This document shows positions 12,123 to 24,312 of a DNA stretch of 64,000 bases, one piece after another. Below the pieces are notes generated by a model. The model did not search any database and was not told the origin of the DNA. It saw only the letters and a program-made list of their open reading frames with translations. Every line of letters starts with the position of its first letter. Position 1 is the first letter of the stretch. The stretch comes from Hydrogenophaga sp. (GTDB lineage: Bacteria > Pseudomonadota > Gammaproteobacteria > Burkholderiales > Burkholderiaceae_C): positions 36,070-100,069 of the forward strand of contig JAABQK010000005.1 in assembly GCA_011391495.1 (NCBI GenBank), in the 5' to 3' direction. The position numbers and the translations under genes were made by a program.

Positions 12123-14269
12123 GCACGTGCTCCTTGAGCCTGGACTTCGGCCATCCGAGCGTCGCTCGTCATCTGCAACGAATGGGCACGGCGCACCAGC
12201 GCATCCAGCTGGTAGATGGAGGCCACACAAGGCGGTGACGTCGCCGGGTTCAGGTCGGCGGCCGAGGCACCGGCGCGGGCGTCAGCGTTCGACAGCCGGA
12301 CTGCATCAATGGTGCAGCCCGATGACAGGCCCGGCAGCGCTGCGGCCAGCACGGCCTGGGACGAGTCGGCGTCAAAACCCGGCAGACCGAGCAGATTGCC
12401 GAGCACGCGCAGCACCTTCCAGGCGGGACGGGTGTCTCCCAGCGGGCGCACCACGGCGTGGAAGCTTTGCAGGCGACCTTCGGCATTGACGAAAGAACCC
12501 GAGGTCTCGGTGAACGGGGCAATCGGCAGCAGCACATCGCTGATGTCCAGGTTGGCCTTGAACGGGCTGAGTGTCACGACCATGCCCGCCGAGCGCAGGC
12601 CTTGGGCGCCTGCGGCGCAGTCCTGCGCCGGCTCGGTGTTGAGCAGCAGCGCAGCCTTGAGGCCACCACCGAGCATCTGGCCGGCATTCAGGCCGCCCTG
12701 CCCCGGCACGGCACGCACCAGTTGCGCACCCACCGTGTTGGCGGCTTCGGTGAGGTAGCCCACCGAGGCACCGGTCTGCTGGCCGATCCAGTTGGCCAGT
12801 GCTAGCAGGCTGGAAGCCTTTTCGTGGTGCGCGGCGGCATTGCCGAGCAGGATGGCCTTCTGCTCACCACTCAGCAGCGACCTGGCCACGGCGCGGCTCG
12901 CCTCGCTGACTTCAGCGGCGACCGGCGTCTGCACGCCAATTTCGGACGCCACGGCAGCCGCGATACCGGCCAGTGCCGCCACCCAGACGCTGCTGTCGGC
13001 CAGCACAGCATGCTGGATGGGCATGGCCCAGTCCTGGGCTTGTGCGTTGAGCAGGCTGACCTGACAACCCTTGCGGGCGGCTTGACGGATGCGCTGCGCA
13101 AACAAGGGATGGTCTTTGCGCAGGCTGGAACCCACGACCAGCACGCGCTGCAAAGTCGACAGGGCTGCGATCGGCATGCCCAGCCAGCGTGCCGAACCAG
13201 CGACGCCAGCGCCATTGGCAAAGTCTGCGTGGCGCAAGCGGCTGTCGATGTTTTCGCTCCCCAGGCCACGCACCAAAGCACCTGCGAGCGCCAATTCCTC
13301 GACGGTGCCGTGCGGGCTGGCCAGTACGCCGATGGCGTTGGCGCCGTGGTCGGCCTTGACCTGCTTGAGTCCGTTGGCCACGTACTCAAGCGCCGTCTGC
13401 CAGTCGACCGTCTGCCATTCGCCACCCTGCTTGAGCATCGGCGCCGTGAGCCGATCCTCACCGTTGAGGGCCTCGTAGGAGAAGCGGTCGCGGTCGGCAA
13501 TCCAGCACTCGTTGATCGCCTCGTTTTCAAGAGGCACCACGCGCATGACCTTGTGGTTCTTGACCTGGACGATCAGGTTGGCGCCGGTGGAGTCGTGCGG
13601 ACTCACCGACTTGCGACGGGAGAGTTCCCAGGTGCGGGCCTGGTAGCGGAAGGGCTTGCTGGTGAGCGCACCCACCGGGCAAATGTCGATCATGTTGCCC
13701 GAGAGTTCAGAGTCGACCGTGTTGCCCACGAAGGCCTCGATCTCGGCATGCTCGCCCCGGTGCGACATGCCCAGCTCCATCACGCCGGCAATCTCCTGGC
13801 CAAAGCGCACGCAACGGGTGCAGTGGATGCAACGGCTCATTTCCTCCATGGAAATGAGGGGTCCCACCTCTTTGTGGAACACCACGCGCTTTTCCTCTTC
13901 GTAGCGCGAGCCCGAGCCACCGTAGCCCACGGCCAGGTCCTGCAACTGGCATTCGCCGCCCTGATCGCAGATCGGGCAGTCCAGCGGGTGGTTGATGAGC
14001 AGGAACTCCATCACCGACTGCTGGGCCTTGATGGCCTTGTCGCTCTTGGTGCGCACGATCATGCCCATGGTCACCGGCGTCGCGCAGGCGGGCATCGGCT
14101 TGGGCGCCTTCTCCACATCCACCAGACACATGCGGCAGTTGGCCGCGATGGAGAGCTTCTTGTGGTAGCAGAAGTGCGGAATGTAGGTACCTGCCTTTTC
14201 AGCCGCATGCATAACCATGCTGCCCGGAGGCACTTCGACCTTCTGGCCGTCGAGTTCGATTTCAACCAT
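12119..14269 (-). CDS. nuoG: NADH-quinone oxidoreductase subunit G
   Basis: PHFCYH...[25 protein letters not shown]. Confidence 0.97.
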   Translation of the reverse strand: MVEIELDGQKVEVPPGSMVMHAAEKAGTYIPHFCYHKKLSIAANCRMCLVDVEKAPKPMPACATPVTMGMIVRTKSDKAIKAQQSVMEFLLINHPLDCPICDQGGECQLQDLAVGYGGSGSRYEEEKRVVFHKEVGPLISMEEMSRCIHCTRCVRFGQEIAGVMELGMSHRGEHAEIEAFVGNTVDSELSGNMIDICPVGALTSKPFRYQARTWELSRRKSVSPHDSTGANLIVQVKNHKVMRVVPLENEAINECWIADRDRFSYEALNGEDRLTAPMLKQGGEWQTVDWQTALEYVANGLKQVKADHGANAIGVLASPHGTVEELALAGALVRGLGSENIDSRLRHADFANGAGVAGSARWLGMPIAALSTLQRVLVVGSSLRKDHPLFAQRIRQAARKGCQVSLLNAQAQDWAMPIQHAVLADSSVWVAALAGIAAAVASEIGVQTPVAAEVSEASRAVARSLLSGEQKAILLGNAAAHHEKASSLLALANWIGQQTGASVGYLTEAANTVGAQLVRAVPGQGGLNAGQMLGGGLKAALLLNTEPAQDCAAGAQGLRSAGMVVTLSPFKANLDISDVLLPIAPFTETSGSFVNAEGRLQSFHAVVRPLGDTRPAWKVLRVLGNLLGLPGFDADSSQAVLAAALPGLSSGCTIDAVRLSNADARAGASAADLNPATSPPCVASIYQLDALVRRAHSLQMTSDARMAEVQAQGARA

Positions 14270-14283
14270 GGTTTTTCTCGGTA

Positions 14284-15651
14284 TCAGGCAGTGGTCGCGG
14301 CATCGGCCTTGATCATGGCCGCGAACTCGGGCCGGAAATGCTTGAGCATGGCGCGTACCGGCATGGCTGCCGCATCGCCCAGTGCGCAGATGGTGCGACC
14401 CATGATGTTTTCGGCCACGTTGTCGAGCAGGGCCATGTCGGAGGTCTTGCCTTCACCACGATGGATCTTGTCCACCAGACGCCATAGCCAGCCCGTGCCT
14501 TCACGGCACGGCGTGCACTGGCCACAACTCTCGTGCATGTAGAAGTAGGACAGGCGCTTGAGCGACTCGACCATGCAGCGCGAATCGTCCATCACGATCA
14601 CCGCGCCGGAGCCCAGCATGGAGCCGGCCTTGGCAATGGAGTCGTAGTCCATCGTGCAGCCCATGATGATGGAGGCAGGCAGCACGGGGGAAGACGAACC
14701 ACCAGGGATCACGGCCTTGAGCTGGCGGCCGGTGCGCACACCGCCAGCCAGTTCCAGCAGCTTGGCAAACGGCGTGCCCATGGGCACCTCGTAGTTGCCG
14801 GGCCGCTCCACGTCGCCGCTCACGGAATAGATCTTGGTACCGCCGTTGTTGGGCTTGCCGCATTCGAGGTAGGCCTGCCCACCGTTGCGGATGATCCAGG
14901 GCACGGCCGCAAAGGTTTCGGTGTTGTTGATCGTCGTCGGCTTGCCGTACAAACCGAAACTGGCCGGGAACGGCGGCTTGAAGCGGGGCTGGCCCTTCTT
15001 GCCTTCAAGCGATTCGAGCAGCGCGGTTTCTTCCCCGCAGATGTAGGCACCAAAACCGTGGAATGCGTGCAGCTGGAAGTTGAAGCCGCTGCCCATGATG
15101 GCGTTGCCCAGGTAACCCGCAGCCCGGGCTTCTTCCAGCGCAGCTTCGAAGCGTTCGTAGGCTTCGAAGATTTCGCCGTGGATGTAGTTGTAGCCGACGC
15201 TGATGCCCATGGCGTAGGCCGCGATCGCCATGCCTTCGATGACGATGTGCGGGTTGTACAGCAGGATGTCGCGGTCCTTGCAGGTGCCCGGCTCGCCTTC
15301 GTCCGAGTTGCACACCAGGTACTTCTGACCCGGGAACTGCCGCGGCATGAAGCTCCACTTCAGGCCTGTGGGAAAGCCGGCACCACCTCGACCACGCAGG
15401 GCCGATTCCTTGACGGTGGCGATCACCTGGTCCTGCGTCATGCCGGCCACGCCGGTCTCGGGATTCGCCGCCGCGCCGTCCTGCCCCAGGATCTTGCGCA
15501 GTGCCTGGTAACCGCCGCGGGCCACGTAGTCCTGCAGCGACCAGTTGCTGCCGTTCAGGCCGGCATAGATCTGCGGGTTGATGTGGCGGTCGTGGAAACA
15601 GGTCTGCACCCCGGTGGCGCGGAACTGCGAGAGCACTTGTTGCGCGTTCAT
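14284..15651 (-). CDS. nuoF: NADH-quinone oxidoreductase subunit F
   Basis: [32 protein letters not shown]. Confidence 0.97.
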   Translation of the reverse strand: MNAQQVLSQFRATGVQTCFHDRHINPQIYAGLNGSNWSLQDYVARGGYQALRKILGQDGAAANPETGVAGMTQDQVIATVKESALRGRGGAGFPTGLKWSFMPRQFPGQKYLVCNSDEGEPGTCKDRDILLYNPHIVIEGMAIAAYAMGISVGYNYIHGEIFEAYERFEAALEEARAAGYLGNAIMGSGFNFQLHAFHGFGAYICGEETALLESLEGKKGQPRFKPPFPASFGLYGKPTTINNTETFAAVPWIIRNGGQAYLECGKPNNGGTKIYSVSGDVERPGNYEVPMGTPFAKLLELAGGVRTGRQLKAVIPGGSSSPVLPASIIMGCTMDYDSIAKAGSMLGSGAVIVMDDSRCMVESLKRLSYFYMHESCGQCTPCREGTGWLWRLVDKIHRGEGKTSDMALLDNVAENIMGRTICALGDAAAMPVRAMLKHFRPEFAAMIKADAATTA

Positions 15652-16184
15652 GCCTGGCCCTCCGAAGCCTTCAGGCCGTCAATGAGCTGATCGAGTTTCT
15701 CATTGCTCATGAAGCTGCACATGTGGCGGTCGTTGACCAGCATCACCGGCGAATCGGCGCAGGCACCCAGGCATTCACTCTGCTGCAGCGTGAAGAGGCC
15801 GTCAGCGGTGGTCTCGCCCATGTGCACACCGAGCCTGTCTTCCAGATGCCGCAGCGCCTTGTTGCCATCGCGCAGCTGGCACGGCAGGTTGGTGCAGACG
15901 TTGAGCTTGAACTTGCCCACCGGCCGCTGGTTGTACATGTTGTAGAAAGTCGTGACCTCGTGCACCGCCATCGGTGCCATGTCGAGGTAGGCGGCAATCG
16001 CCTTCTCGGCCGCGAGGCTCACATGGCCCTGCTCCTGCTGGACGATGGACAGGCAGGCCATGACGGCCGACTGTTTCTGGTCGGCTGGGTATTTGGCCAC
16101 TTCGCGCGCAAAGCGCTGCAGCGTGGCATCGGTGAGCTGCATGTCGCTCACCGGCCCGCTGCCGGGGATACGGTCAGAGATCAT
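15648..16184 (-). CDS. nuoE: NADH-quinone oxidoreductase subunit E
   Basis: CTNLPC...ECLGAC 2Fe-2S ligands. Confidence 0.96.
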   Translation of the reverse strand: MISDRIPGSGPVSDMQLTDATLQRFAREVAKYPADQKQSAVMACLSIVQQEQGHVSLAAEKAIAAYLDMAPMAVHEVTTFYNMYNQRPVGKFKLNVCTNLPCQLRDGNKALRHLEDRLGVHMGETTADGLFTLQQSECLGACADSPVMLVNDRHMCSFMSNEKLDQLIDGLKASEGQA

Positions 16185-17434
16185 CGGTCAATCTCTCCAA
16201 AAACGATGTCCATGGTGCCAATGATCGCCACGGCGTCGGCCAGCATGTGGCCCCTGGCCATCTCGTCCATGGTGGACAGGTGGGCAAAGCCGGGGGCGCG
16301 GATTTTCAGGCGGTACGGCTTGTTGGCACCGTCGCTCACGAGGTAGATGCCGAACTCACCCTTGGGGTGCTCGACAGCGGCATACGCCTCGCCTTCGGGC
16401 ACGTGGAAACCTTCGGTGAAGAGCTTGAAATGGTGGATCAGCTCTTCCATGCTTGACTTCATGGTTTCACGCGACGGGGGAGCCACCTTGTGGTTGTCGG
16501 TGATCACCGGACCGGGGTTGACACGCAGCCAGTCCACGCACTGCTTGATGATGCGGTTGGACTGCTTCATCTCTTCCATGCGGACAAGGTAGCGGTCGTA
16601 GGTGTCACCGGTCTTGCCCACGGGAATGTCGAAGTCCATGCGGTCATACACGTCGTAGGGCTGCTTCTTGCGCAGGTCCCAGGCGATGCCGGAGCCACGC
16701 AGCATGGGGCCGGTCATGCCGAGGTTGAGCGCGCGCTCAGGCGTCACGACACCGATGCCGACCGTGCGCTGTTTCCAGATGCGGTTGTCGGTCAGCAGCG
16801 TGTGGTACTCGGCCAGGTAGGTCGGGAATCGCTGGGTGAAGTCGTCGATGAAGTCGAGCAGGGATCCCTGGCGGTTCGTGTTGAGCTCGGCCATCGCCTT
16901 GGCGTTGCGGATCTTGCTGTACTTGTACTGCGGCATGCTGTCCGGCAGGTCCCGGTAGACGCCTCCCGGACGGAAGTAGGCGGCGTGCATGCGCGCACCC
17001 GACACCGCTTCGTACATGTCGAACAGGTCTTCACGCTCGCGGAACGCGTAGATCAGGATCGTCGAACTGCCGCAGTCGTTGCCGTGCGATCCCAGCCACA
17101 TCAGGTGGTTGAGCAGGCGGGTGATCTCGCTGAACATCACGCGGATGTACTGAGCGCGGATCGGCACATCGATGCCCAGCAGCCTTTCGATCGCCAGACA
17201 GTAGGCATGCTCGTTGCACATCATCGAGACGTAGTCCAGGCGGTCCATGTAGGGCAGCGACTGGATAAAGGTCTTGTGCTCGGCCAGTTTTTCAGTGGCG
17301 CGGTGCAGCAGGCCGATGTGCGGGTCGGCGCGCTGCACGACCTCGCCATCGAGCTCCAGCACCAGACGCAGCACACCGTGAGCTGCCGGGTGCTGCGGCC
17401 CGAGGTTGAGTGTGTAGTTCTTGATTTCTGCCAT
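16181..17434 (-). CDS. nuoD: NADH-quinone oxidoreductase subunit D
   Basis: [22 protein letters not shown]. Confidence 0.97.
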   Translation of the reverse strand: MAEIKNYTLNLGPQHPAAHGVLRLVLELDGEVVQRADPHIGLLHRATEKLAEHKTFIQSLPYMDRLDYVSMMCNEHAYCLAIERLLGIDVPIRAQYIRVMFSEITRLLNHLMWLGSHGNDCGSSTILIYAFREREDLFDMYEAVSGARMHAAYFRPGGVYRDLPDSMPQYKYSKIRNAKAMAELNTNRQGSLLDFIDDFTQRFPTYLAEYHTLLTDNRIWKQRTVGIGVVTPERALNLGMTGPMLRGSGIAWDLRKKQPYDVYDRMDFDIPVGKTGDTYDRYLVRMEEMKQSNRIIKQCVDWLRVNPGPVITDNHKVAPPSRETMKSSMEELIHHFKLFTEGFHVPEGEAYAAVEHPKGEFGIYLVSDGANKPYRLKIRAPGFAHLSTMDEMARGHMLADAVAIIGTMDIVFGEIDR

Positions 17435-17435
17435 G

Positions 17436-18056
17436 TCAGTGCAGGCCCCCGTAGTTGTCTTCGCGGATCACGCGTGGCGTGATCTCTCGCGGCTCGATCG
17501 TGACCGGCTCGTAGACCACGCGCTGCCGCTCGGCGTCGTAGCGCATCTCCACATGACCGGACAGCGGAAAGTCCTTGCGGAACGGGTGACCGATGAAACC
17601 GTAGTCGGTCAGGATGCGGCGCAGATCGTCATGACCCTCGAACACGATGCCGAAAAGGTCAAAGGCTTCACGTTCGTACCAGTTGGCCGAGGCCCAGAGC
17701 GAGGTCACGGAATCGATGACCGGGAAGTCATCTTCCGGGCAAAACACGCGCACCCGCACGCGCTGGTTGAGGCTGACCGACAGCAGGTGCACCACCGCAG
17801 CGAAGCGGGGCCCTTCCCACCGTCCATCGCCATAGGTCTGGTAGTCCATGCCGCAGAGATCGATCAACTGCTCGAAACGGGCCTGCGGCGCATCGCGCAG
17901 CGACTGCATGACCACCAGGTAGTCGGTCGCGGCAACCACGAGCGTTACCTCGCCTCGCTCGACAGCAATGGACTGCACCCGCTCACCCAGCAAGGCAGAC
18001 AGGGCATCGCGGATGGTCTCCGGACTCGTTGCATGGTGCGTGGGTGTTTCGATCAT
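17436..18056 (-). CDS. nuoC: NADH-quinone oxidoreductase subunit C
   Basis: [20 protein letters not shown]; start could instead be GTG at 18098. Confidence 0.93.
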   Translation of the reverse strand: MIETPTHHATSPETIRDALSALLGERVQSIAVERGEVTLVVAATDYLVVMQSLRDAPQARFEQLIDLCGMDYQTYGDGRWEGPRFAAVVHLLSVSLNQRVRVRVFCPEDDFPVIDSVTSLWASANWYEREAFDLFGIVFEGHDDLRRILTDYGFIGHPFRKDFPLSGHVEMRYDAERQRVVYEPVTIEPREITPRVIREDNYGGLH

Positions 18057-18098
18057 GAACCGTCTTTCTGGACTTGAACCCGAGGCGGCAGTCGCCAC

Positions 18099-18578
18099 TC
18101 AGGCCCGTGCAATGGTGTTGGTGCGGCGAATCTTCTGCTGCAGCTGGATGATGCCGTACAGCAGTGCTTCAGCCGTGGGCGGACAACCCGGCACGTACAC
18201 GTCGACCGGCACGATCCGGTCGCACCCGCGGACCACGGAATAGCTGTAGTGGTAGTAACCACCGCCATTGGCACACGAACCCATGGAGAGAACCCAACGG
18301 GGCTCGGCCATCTGGTCGTACACCTTGCGCAGGGCGGGAGCCATCTTGTTGCACAGGGTACCCGCCACGATCATCAGGTCGGATTGCCGCGGACTGGCAC
18401 GAAACACCTCCGCACCGAAGCGACCCAGGTCGTAGCGGGCCGTGGCCGCATGCATCATCTCGACCGCGCAGCAGGCCAGACCGAAGGTCATGGGCCAGAG
18501 GGAGCCGGTCTTGGCCCAGTTCACCACCGAGTCGTAGCTGGTGGTGACAAAACCTTCCTTGAAAACGCCTTCAATCAT
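18099..18578 (-). CDS. nuoB: NADH-quinone oxidoreductase subunit B
   Basis: [15 protein letters not shown]. Confidence 0.97.
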   Translation of the reverse strand: MIEGVFKEGFVTTSYDSVVNWAKTGSLWPMTFGLACCAVEMMHAATARYDLGRFGAEVFRASPRQSDLMIVAGTLCNKMAPALRKVYDQMAEPRWVLSMGSCANGGGYYHYSYSVVRGCDRIVPVDVYVPGCPPTAEALLYGIIQLQQKIRRTNTIARA

Positions 18579-18614
18579 GAGCAGCTCCGGTGATCCCGCC
18601 AGTGTGTTGTCGCC

Positions 18615-18974
18615 TCATTCCCAGTCCAGCGCGCCCTTCTTCCACTCGTAGGCAAAGCCCACGGTCAGGATTGCCAGGAAGACGACGCCAGCCAGAAAGC
18701 CAGCCATGCCGATGTCGGCAAAGGCCACAGCCCAAGGGATGAGAAAAGCGATTTCGAGATCGAACAGGATGAAGAGGATGGCCACCAGGTAGTAGCGCAC
18801 ATCAAACTTCATGCGCGCGTCTTCGAAAGCTTCGAAGCCGCACTCGTAAGGGGAGTTTTTTTCCGCATCCGGACGGTTCGGACCGAGGAAATAGCCCAGC
18901 AACTGGGGGATGATTCCAACGGCAATACCCACCAAAATGAACAAGAGTACGGGAAGGTATTGTTCGAGACTCAT
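18615..18974 (-). CDS. nuoA: NADH-quinone oxidoreductase subunit A
   Basis: PYECGF, FILFDLE, GALDWE. Confidence 0.96.
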   Translation of the reverse strand: MSLEQYLPVLLFILVGIAVGIIPQLLGYFLGPNRPDAEKNSPYECGFEAFEDARMKFDVRYYLVAILFILFDLEIAFLIPWAVAFADIGMAGFLAGVVFLAILTVGFAYEWKKGALDWE

Positions 18975-19023
18975 CTTGGGTATGTTCCGCTGACATGGCG
19001 CATGGGCCATGTTGTCCAAAGAT

Positions 19024-19108
19024 TGGTGCCGACGGCGAGACTCGAACTCGCACAGCTTTCGCCACTACCCCCTCAAGATAGCGTGTCTACCAATTTCACC
19101 ACGTCGGC
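19024..19108 (-). tRNA. tRNA-Leu (anticodon GAG), 85 nt, long variable arm, encoded CCA
   Basis: Reverse complement GCCGACGTGGTGAAATTGGTAGACACGCTATCTTGAGGGGGTAGTGGCGAAAGCTGTGCGAGTTCGAGTCTCGCCGTCGGCACCA folds as a cloverleaf; secG-tRNALeu-nuoA order. Confidence 0.97.
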
Positions 19109-19289
19109 TGGGTCTGCATTGTCTGGCTCACGAGGGTCTGTGTGAGCCTTGCTGACAACCACGAGAGTTTACCCTGAAACACCCCCGTTTTCGGGGGCTG
19201 CATCGGATTTTCCAAACGAATGGATGGGATGCAGCAGACCAAAAAAACACCGGGCTGGCGCGGTATCCAGACCGGTTGCGCCCCCTGGG

Positions 19290-19685
19290 TTATTTCCCGG
19301 GAATCTGGGCCGCGCCCGTGCCCGCGGGCATGGCGGGAATCACCGTTGCAGGCGTGTCAGCACTGCCCGGAATCTGCTGGGCGGCTGGCTGCGGGACGAC
19401 CACGGCAGCACCTTCCAGCACGCTGCCGGTGCTCGGCGCTTGGCGCAGGTTGCCGAAATAGGCCAACCCCAGCGTGGAGGCCAGGAAGATGCCGGCGAGC
19501 ACGGCCGTCGTGCGCGACAGGAAGTTGGCACCGCCCGAGGCGCCGAACAGGCTGGCCGAGCCCGCCCCCCCGCCGAACGCCGCACCTGCGTCGGCGCCCT
19601 TGCCGTGCTGCATCAGGATCAGGCCGATCATGCCGAGCGCTGCCAGGATCTGCACCGCCAGAAGGATGGTCAACAAAACATTCAT
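19290..19685 (-). CDS. secG: Preprotein translocase subunit SecG
   Basis: LMQHGKGADAGAAFG, NFLSRTT. Confidence 0.95.
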   Translation of the reverse strand: MNVLLTILLAVQILAALGMIGLILMQHGKGADAGAAFGGGAGSASLFGASGGANFLSRTTAVLAGIFLASTLGLAYFGNLRQAPSTGSVLEGAAVVVPQPAAQQIPGSADTPATVIPAMPAGTGAAQIPGK

Positions 19686-19722
19686 TTATTTGCTCCGGAA
19701 TAGAAAGACATAAGGCCGGCGC

Positions 19723-20469
19723 TCAACGCGCCGCGGCCACGATCTGCAGGAAATCAGCCGCTTTGAGTGAAGCTCCGCCAATCAGGCCGCCGTCGATGTC
19801 TGGCTGCGCCAGCAGACTGGCGGCATTGGCGGCATTCATGCTGCCACCGTAGAGGATGTGCACGCGCTGCGGGTGCTGCGTGGCCGCAGCGAGCTGGGCG
19901 CGCAGAACGGCATGCACCGCCTGCGCCATCTCCGGCGTGGCGGTCTTTCCCGTACCGATCGCCCAGACAGGCTCGTAGGCCACCACGATTTCGCTGGTGC
20001 AATGCGCCACCGCATGGATCACGGCGGCGAGCTGACGCTTGACCACCGATTCGGTTTGCCCGGCATCGCGTTCGACCAGTGTTTCACCGACGCAGACAAT
20101 CGGCGTGATGCCGGCGGCCAGCGCCCGCTGGGCCTTGCTCGCGACCACGGCATCGGTCTCGCCATGGTACTGACGACGTTCCGAGTGGCCAACGATGGCG
20201 TAGCGGCAGGCAAAGTCTTTCAGCATGGACACGCTGACCTCGCCGGTGTAGGCACCCTGCTCGTGCGCCGACACATCCTGTGCTCCCCAAGCGATCGGGC
20301 TGGCCTGCAGCAGCGATTGCAGTTGAGCCAGATAAGGCGCAGGCACACACAGCGCCATGTCGGCGGCGGGCTCCGCCCCCTTCAGCCCGTCCAGCATGGC
20401 CTTCACCAACATGTCGTTGGCGGCGAGGCCGCCGTTCATCTTCCAGTTGCCTGCAATGAGTTTTTTCAT
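19723..20469 (-). CDS. tpiA: Triosephosphate isomerase
   Basis: [23 protein letters not shown]. Confidence 0.98.
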   Translation of the reverse strand: MKKLIAGNWKMNGGLAANDMLVKAMLDGLKGAEPAADMALCVPAPYLAQLQSLLQASPIAWGAQDVSAHEQGAYTGEVSVSMLKDFACRYAIVGHSERRQYHGETDAVVASKAQRALAAGITPIVCVGETLVERDAGQTESVVKRQLAAVIHAVAHCTSEIVVAYEPVWAIGTGKTATPEMAQAVHAVLRAQLAAATQHPQRVHILYGGSMNAANAASLLAQPDIDGGLIGGASLKAADFLQIVAAAR

Positions 20470-20502
20470 GATTGTCTCTCCAGCACCGCGTTCGGCCAGC
20501 GA

Positions 20503-21492
20503 TCAGGACCAGGTCAGGACCAGTTTGCCAACCTGTTGGTTGGACTCCATCAGCGCATGGGCCGACGCAGCCTCGCCTGCGTTGAACACACGGTAGATGA
20601 CCGGTTTGATCCGGCCGTCTGCCAACAGGGGCCAGACGTGCTCCCGCAAGGACCGGGCAATGGCCGCCTTGAACGCCACCGGACGCGGCCGCAAGGTGGA
20701 ACCGGTGATGGTCAGACGCCGACGCAGCACCATGCCGGCGTTGATCTCGGCCTTGACGCCGCCTTGAACCGCGATGATCACGAGGCGTCCATCTTCGGCC
20801 AGGCAATCGAGTTCTCGCGCCACATACGAACCGGCCACCATGTCAAGCACCACGTCCACACCCAGCCCACCCGTGAGGTCGGCCACGGCGCGCACGAAGT
20901 CCTGCGTCTTGTAATTGATGGCGTGATCGGCACCCAGCGCGAGGCAAGCTGCGCACTTTTCGTCACTGCCGGCGGTCACGATCACACGAGCACCCAGGGC
21001 TTTCGCCATCTGGATGGCCGCCACGCCAATGCCACTGCTGCCCCCCTGGATGAGCAGCGTCTCACCGGGCTGCAGGCGCGCACGGTCGAAGACATTGCTC
21101 CAGACGGTGAAGAAGGTCTCAGGCAGCGCGGCTGCTGCCACATCGTCGAGTCCTTCGGGCACCGGCAGGCACTGGTCCACGGGCGCCACGCAGTACTCGG
21201 CATAGCCACCACCCGACACCAGAGCGCAGACACGGTCTCCGACCTGGAAGCCGGCCGCTGCCATGGCCGCCGCATCGCCCGACTCGATCACCCCCGCCAC
21301 TTCCAGGCCAGGGATGTCGGACGCGCCGGGCGGCACCGGATAGTTGCCGGTCCGCTGCAGCACATCAGGGCGGTTCACGCCCGACGCACGGACGCGGATC
21401 AGCAACTCACCCGCTCCGGCCACCGGCAGCGGACGCTCGGTCAGGCGCAGCACATCGGGCGCGCCGTAGGCACTGATCTCAACCGCTCGCAT
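20503..21492 (-). CDS. NAD(P)H-quinone oxidoreductase (PIG3/zeta-crystallin family)
   Basis: GVNRPDVLQR, GGSSGIG, GSTLRPR. Confidence 0.9.
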   Translation of the reverse strand: MRAVEISAYGAPDVLRLTERPLPVAGAGELLIRVRASGVNRPDVLQRTGNYPVPPGASDIPGLEVAGVIESGDAAAMAAAGFQVGDRVCALVSGGGYAEYCVAPVDQCLPVPEGLDDVAAAALPETFFTVWSNVFDRARLQPGETLLIQGGSSGIGVAAIQMAKALGARVIVTAGSDEKCAACLALGADHAINYKTQDFVRAVADLTGGLGVDVVLDMVAGSYVARELDCLAEDGRLVIIAVQGGVKAEINAGMVLRRRLTITGSTLRPRPVAFKAAIARSLREHVWPLLADGRIKPVIYRVFNAGEAASAHALMESNQQVGKLVLTWS

Positions 21493-21514
21493 CTCTGATC
21501 CGCTCCGGTGCGAC

Positions 21515-23647
21515 TTACTGCTGTTGCTGCTGGGCCTGCTCGGCACCAGGTGCGTTGCGGTCCATCAGGGCCTTCATCGAGAGCTTGACACGGCCTTTTT
21601 CGTCGGTCTCGAGCACCTTGACCTTGACGATCTGGCCTTCGGTCAGGTAGTCGGTCACGCGCTCCACGCGCTCGTGGGCGATCTGGCTGATGTGCAGCAG
21701 GCCGTCCTTGCCGGGCAGCAGGTTGATCAGGGCACCGAAGTCCAGGATCTTGGTGACCGGGCCTTCGTAGACCTTGCCGATCTCCACTTCGGCGGTGATC
21801 TGCTCGATGCGGCGCTTGGCCTCGTCGGCCTTGGCCGAGTCGGTCGAGGCGATGGTGATCGTGCCGTCTTCGTCGATGTTGATCTGGGTGCCGGTTTCTT
21901 CGGTCAGCGCGCGGATCACGGCGCCGCCCTTGCCGATCACGTCACGGATCTTCTCGGGGTTGATCTTCATGGTGAAGAGCTTGGGCGCGAAGTTGGACAC
22001 TTCGGTCTTGGCTTCGCCCATGGCTTCCTGCATCTTGCCCAGGATGTGCATGCGGGCTTCCTTGGCCTGGGCCAGCGCGACCTGCATGATCTCCTTGGTG
22101 ATGCCCTGGATCTTGATGTCCATCTGCAGCGCGGAAATGCCGTTGGTGGTGCCCGCGACCTTGAAGTCCATGTCACCCAGGTGATCTTCATCACCCAGGA
22201 TGTCGGTCAGAACGGCGAAGCGGTTGCCGTCCTTGATCAGGCCCATGGCGATACCCGCCACGTGGGCTTTCATGGGAACGCCCGCGTCCATCAGCGCCAG
22301 ACAGCCGCCGCAGACCGAGGCCATGGACGAAGAGCCGTTGGATTCGGTGATCTCCGACACCAGGCGCATGGTGTAGGGGAAGTCTTCCTTGGTGGGCAAA
22401 GCGGCGATCAGCGCGCGCTTGGCCAGACGGCCGTGGCCGATCTCGCGGCGCTTGGGTGTGCCAAAACGACCCGCTTCACCGGTGGCAAAGGGAGGCATGT
22501 TGTAGTGGAGCATGAAGCGGTCTTCGAACTCGCCAGCCAGCGCGTCGATGCGCTGCGCGTCGCGGTCGGTGCCGAGCGTGGCCACCACCAGCGCCTGGGT
22601 TTCGCCACGGGTGAACAGCGAAGAACCGTGGGTGCGGGGCAGCACGCTGTTGCGGATCTCGATGGCACGCACGGTGCGCGTGTCGCGACCGTCGATGCGG
22701 GGCTCACCCGCCAGGATCTGGCCACGCACGATCTTGGCTTCGATCTCGAACAACAGGCTTTCGATGGCCACGCTGTCAAAGGCAACGCCTTCGGCTTTCA
22801 GGGCGGCCATCACGTCGGCGTAAGCGGTGCGGCAGGCCTGGGTACGGGCCTGCTTGTTGCGGATCTGGTAGGCGGCTTCCAGCTTGGCCTTGGCCAGGCC
22901 GTCGATCTTCGCGATCAAGGCCTCGTCCTTGGCCGGCGGCTGCCAGTCCCAGGCCGGCTTGCCGGCGTCTCGCACCAGCTCGTTGATGGCGGCAATCGCG
23001 ATGTTGCCCTGTTCGTGGCCGTACACCACGGCGCCCAGCATGACTTCTTCGCTGAGCTGGTCGGCTTCCGATTCCACCATCAGCACGGCAGCCTCGGTAC
23101 CCGCGACCACGAGGTCGAGCTGGCTGTCCTTGAGCTGGGTCTGACCCGGATTGAGCACGTACTGGCCATTGATGTAGCCCACTCGAGCCGCACCGATGGG
23201 ACCGTTGAACGGGATGCCGGAAACCGACAGCGCGGCACTGGTGGCGATCATGGCGGCGATATCGGCCTGCACTTCGGGGTTCAGGCTCACCACGTGCACG
23301 ATCACCTGGACTTCGTTGTAGAAGCCTTCAGGAAACAGCGGGCGGATCGGGCGGTCGATCAGGCGGCAGGTCAGCGTCTCCAGTTCGCTGGGACGGCCCT
23401 CGCGCTTGAAGAAACTGCCGGGGATCTTGCCGGCGGCGTAGGATTTTTCGGTGTAGTCCACCGTCAGGGGAAAGAAGTCCTGACCGGCCTTGGCTTCGTT
23501 CTTGGCAACCACGGTGGCGAGCACCACGGTGTCGTCGATGTTGACCACCACGGCGCCCGTGGCCTGGCGGGCGATTTCGCCGGTTTCCATGGTGACCGTG
23601 TGCTGGCCCCACTGGAAGGTCTTCGTGACTTTGTTGAACATGCTCAT
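21515..23647 (-). CDS. pnp: Polyribonucleotide nucleotidyltransferase
   Basis: [25 protein letters not shown] and S1 domains. Confidence 0.98.
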   Translation of the reverse strand: MSMFNKVTKTFQWGQHTVTMETGEIARQATGAVVVNIDDTVVLATVVAKNEAKAGQDFFPLTVDYTEKSYAAGKIPGSFFKREGRPSELETLTCRLIDRPIRPLFPEGFYNEVQVIVHVVSLNPEVQADIAAMIATSAALSVSGIPFNGPIGAARVGYINGQYVLNPGQTQLKDSQLDLVVAGTEAAVLMVESEADQLSEEVMLGAVVYGHEQGNIAIAAINELVRDAGKPAWDWQPPAKDEALIAKIDGLAKAKLEAAYQIRNKQARTQACRTAYADVMAALKAEGVAFDSVAIESLLFEIEAKIVRGQILAGEPRIDGRDTRTVRAIEIRNSVLPRTHGSSLFTRGETQALVVATLGTDRDAQRIDALAGEFEDRFMLHYNMPPFATGEAGRFGTPKRREIGHGRLAKRALIAALPTKEDFPYTMRLVSEITESNGSSSMASVCGGCLALMDAGVPMKAHVAGIAMGLIKDGNRFAVLTDILGDEDHLGDMDFKVAGTTNGISALQMDIKIQGITKEIMQVALAQAKEARMHILGKMQEAMGEAKTEVSNFAPKLFTMKINPEKIRDVIGKGGAVIRALTEETGTQINIDEDGTITIASTDSAKADEAKRRIEQITAEVEIGKVYEGPVTKILDFGALINLLPGKDGLLHISQIAHERVERVTDYLTEGQIVKVKVLETDEKGRVKLSMKALMDRNAPGAEQAQQQQQ

Positions 23648-23740
23648 GGTTTTTCTCCTATGGGCCGCCCGTCAGAACAGGTGAGGCGGCATGGCGTGCA
23701 GACCTTCTGCACAAAACCCGGAAACACAACCCAGAACACG

Positions 23741-23802
23741 ATGCCATTCCAGAGTCGCTGGGCGCCGTACTTGCACGACGCCCAGCAGCTTTGGAATGAC
23801 AC
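23741..23802 (-). promoter_or_regulatory. Long stem-loop in the pnp 5' leader (probable RNase III autoregulatory hairpin)
   Basis: CATTCCAGAG..GCTGGGCG pairs with CGCCCAGC..CTTTGGAATG; lies between the rpsO terminator and the pnp start, as in E. coli. Confidence 0.65.
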
Positions 23803-23852
23803 AGCTTCGCTCTGTTGCTGCTGCTCCGGAATCAAAAAGGGTGGCTTACAAA

Positions 23853-23891
23853 CAAAAATCGCCCGAGCCAGCGAACCAACTCAGGCGTTTT
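23853..23891 (-). terminator. Intrinsic terminator after rpsO
   Basis: Minus strand CGCCTGAG...CTCGGGCG stem followed by a T-rich tail. Confidence 0.6.
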
Positions 23892-23913
23892 GCGTGTCAT
23901 GCCGGATTCAAAA

Positions 23914-24180
23914 TTACTTGCGCAGGCCCAGTTTCGCGATCAGTGCGATGTAACGGTCGGCGTTCTTGGACTTCAGGTAGTCGAGCAGCTTGCGGCGGCG
24001 GCTCACCATGCGCAGCAGGCCGCGGCGACCGTGGTGGTCCTTGGCGTGCTGCTTGAAGTGGGGGGTCAGTTCGTTGATGCGAGCGGTCAGGATGGCGACC
24101 TGCACTTCGGGGCTGCCGGTGTCGTTCGCAGCGCGGGCGTTGTCGGCCACCACGGTGGCTTTGACGGATTTTTCGATCAT
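23914..24180 (-). CDS. rpsO: 30S ribosomal protein S15
   Basis: [13 protein letters not shown]...KDHH.RRGLL. Confidence 0.98.
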   Translation of the reverse strand: MIEKSVKATVVADNARAANDTGSPEVQVAILTARINELTPHFKQHAKDHHGRRGLLRMVSRRRKLLDYLKSKNADRYIALIAKLGLRK

Positions 24181-24294
24181 GTCGGATTCCTTGGAGTTAC
24201 ATGCGTCCCGACGCAGCCAGCCAGCCCCCGAAACGATTCAGGTCGGGCCGCCGCAACGGGCGTGATATGCCATCTGGGATGATGGCAACCGCGA

Positions 24295-24300
24295 ATTATA
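24295..24300 (-). promoter_or_regulatory. sigma70 -10 hexamer (TATAAT) for rpsO
   Basis: Perfect TATAAT on the minus strand ~115 nt upstream of rpsO. Confidence 0.55.
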
Positions 24301-24312
24301 GCCCAGCGGGAG

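Noticed and set aside
19024-19108. tRNA-Leu as an integration site
   Set aside because: The flanks are the native secG and nuoA. No integrase or duplicated tRNA 3' end was seen.
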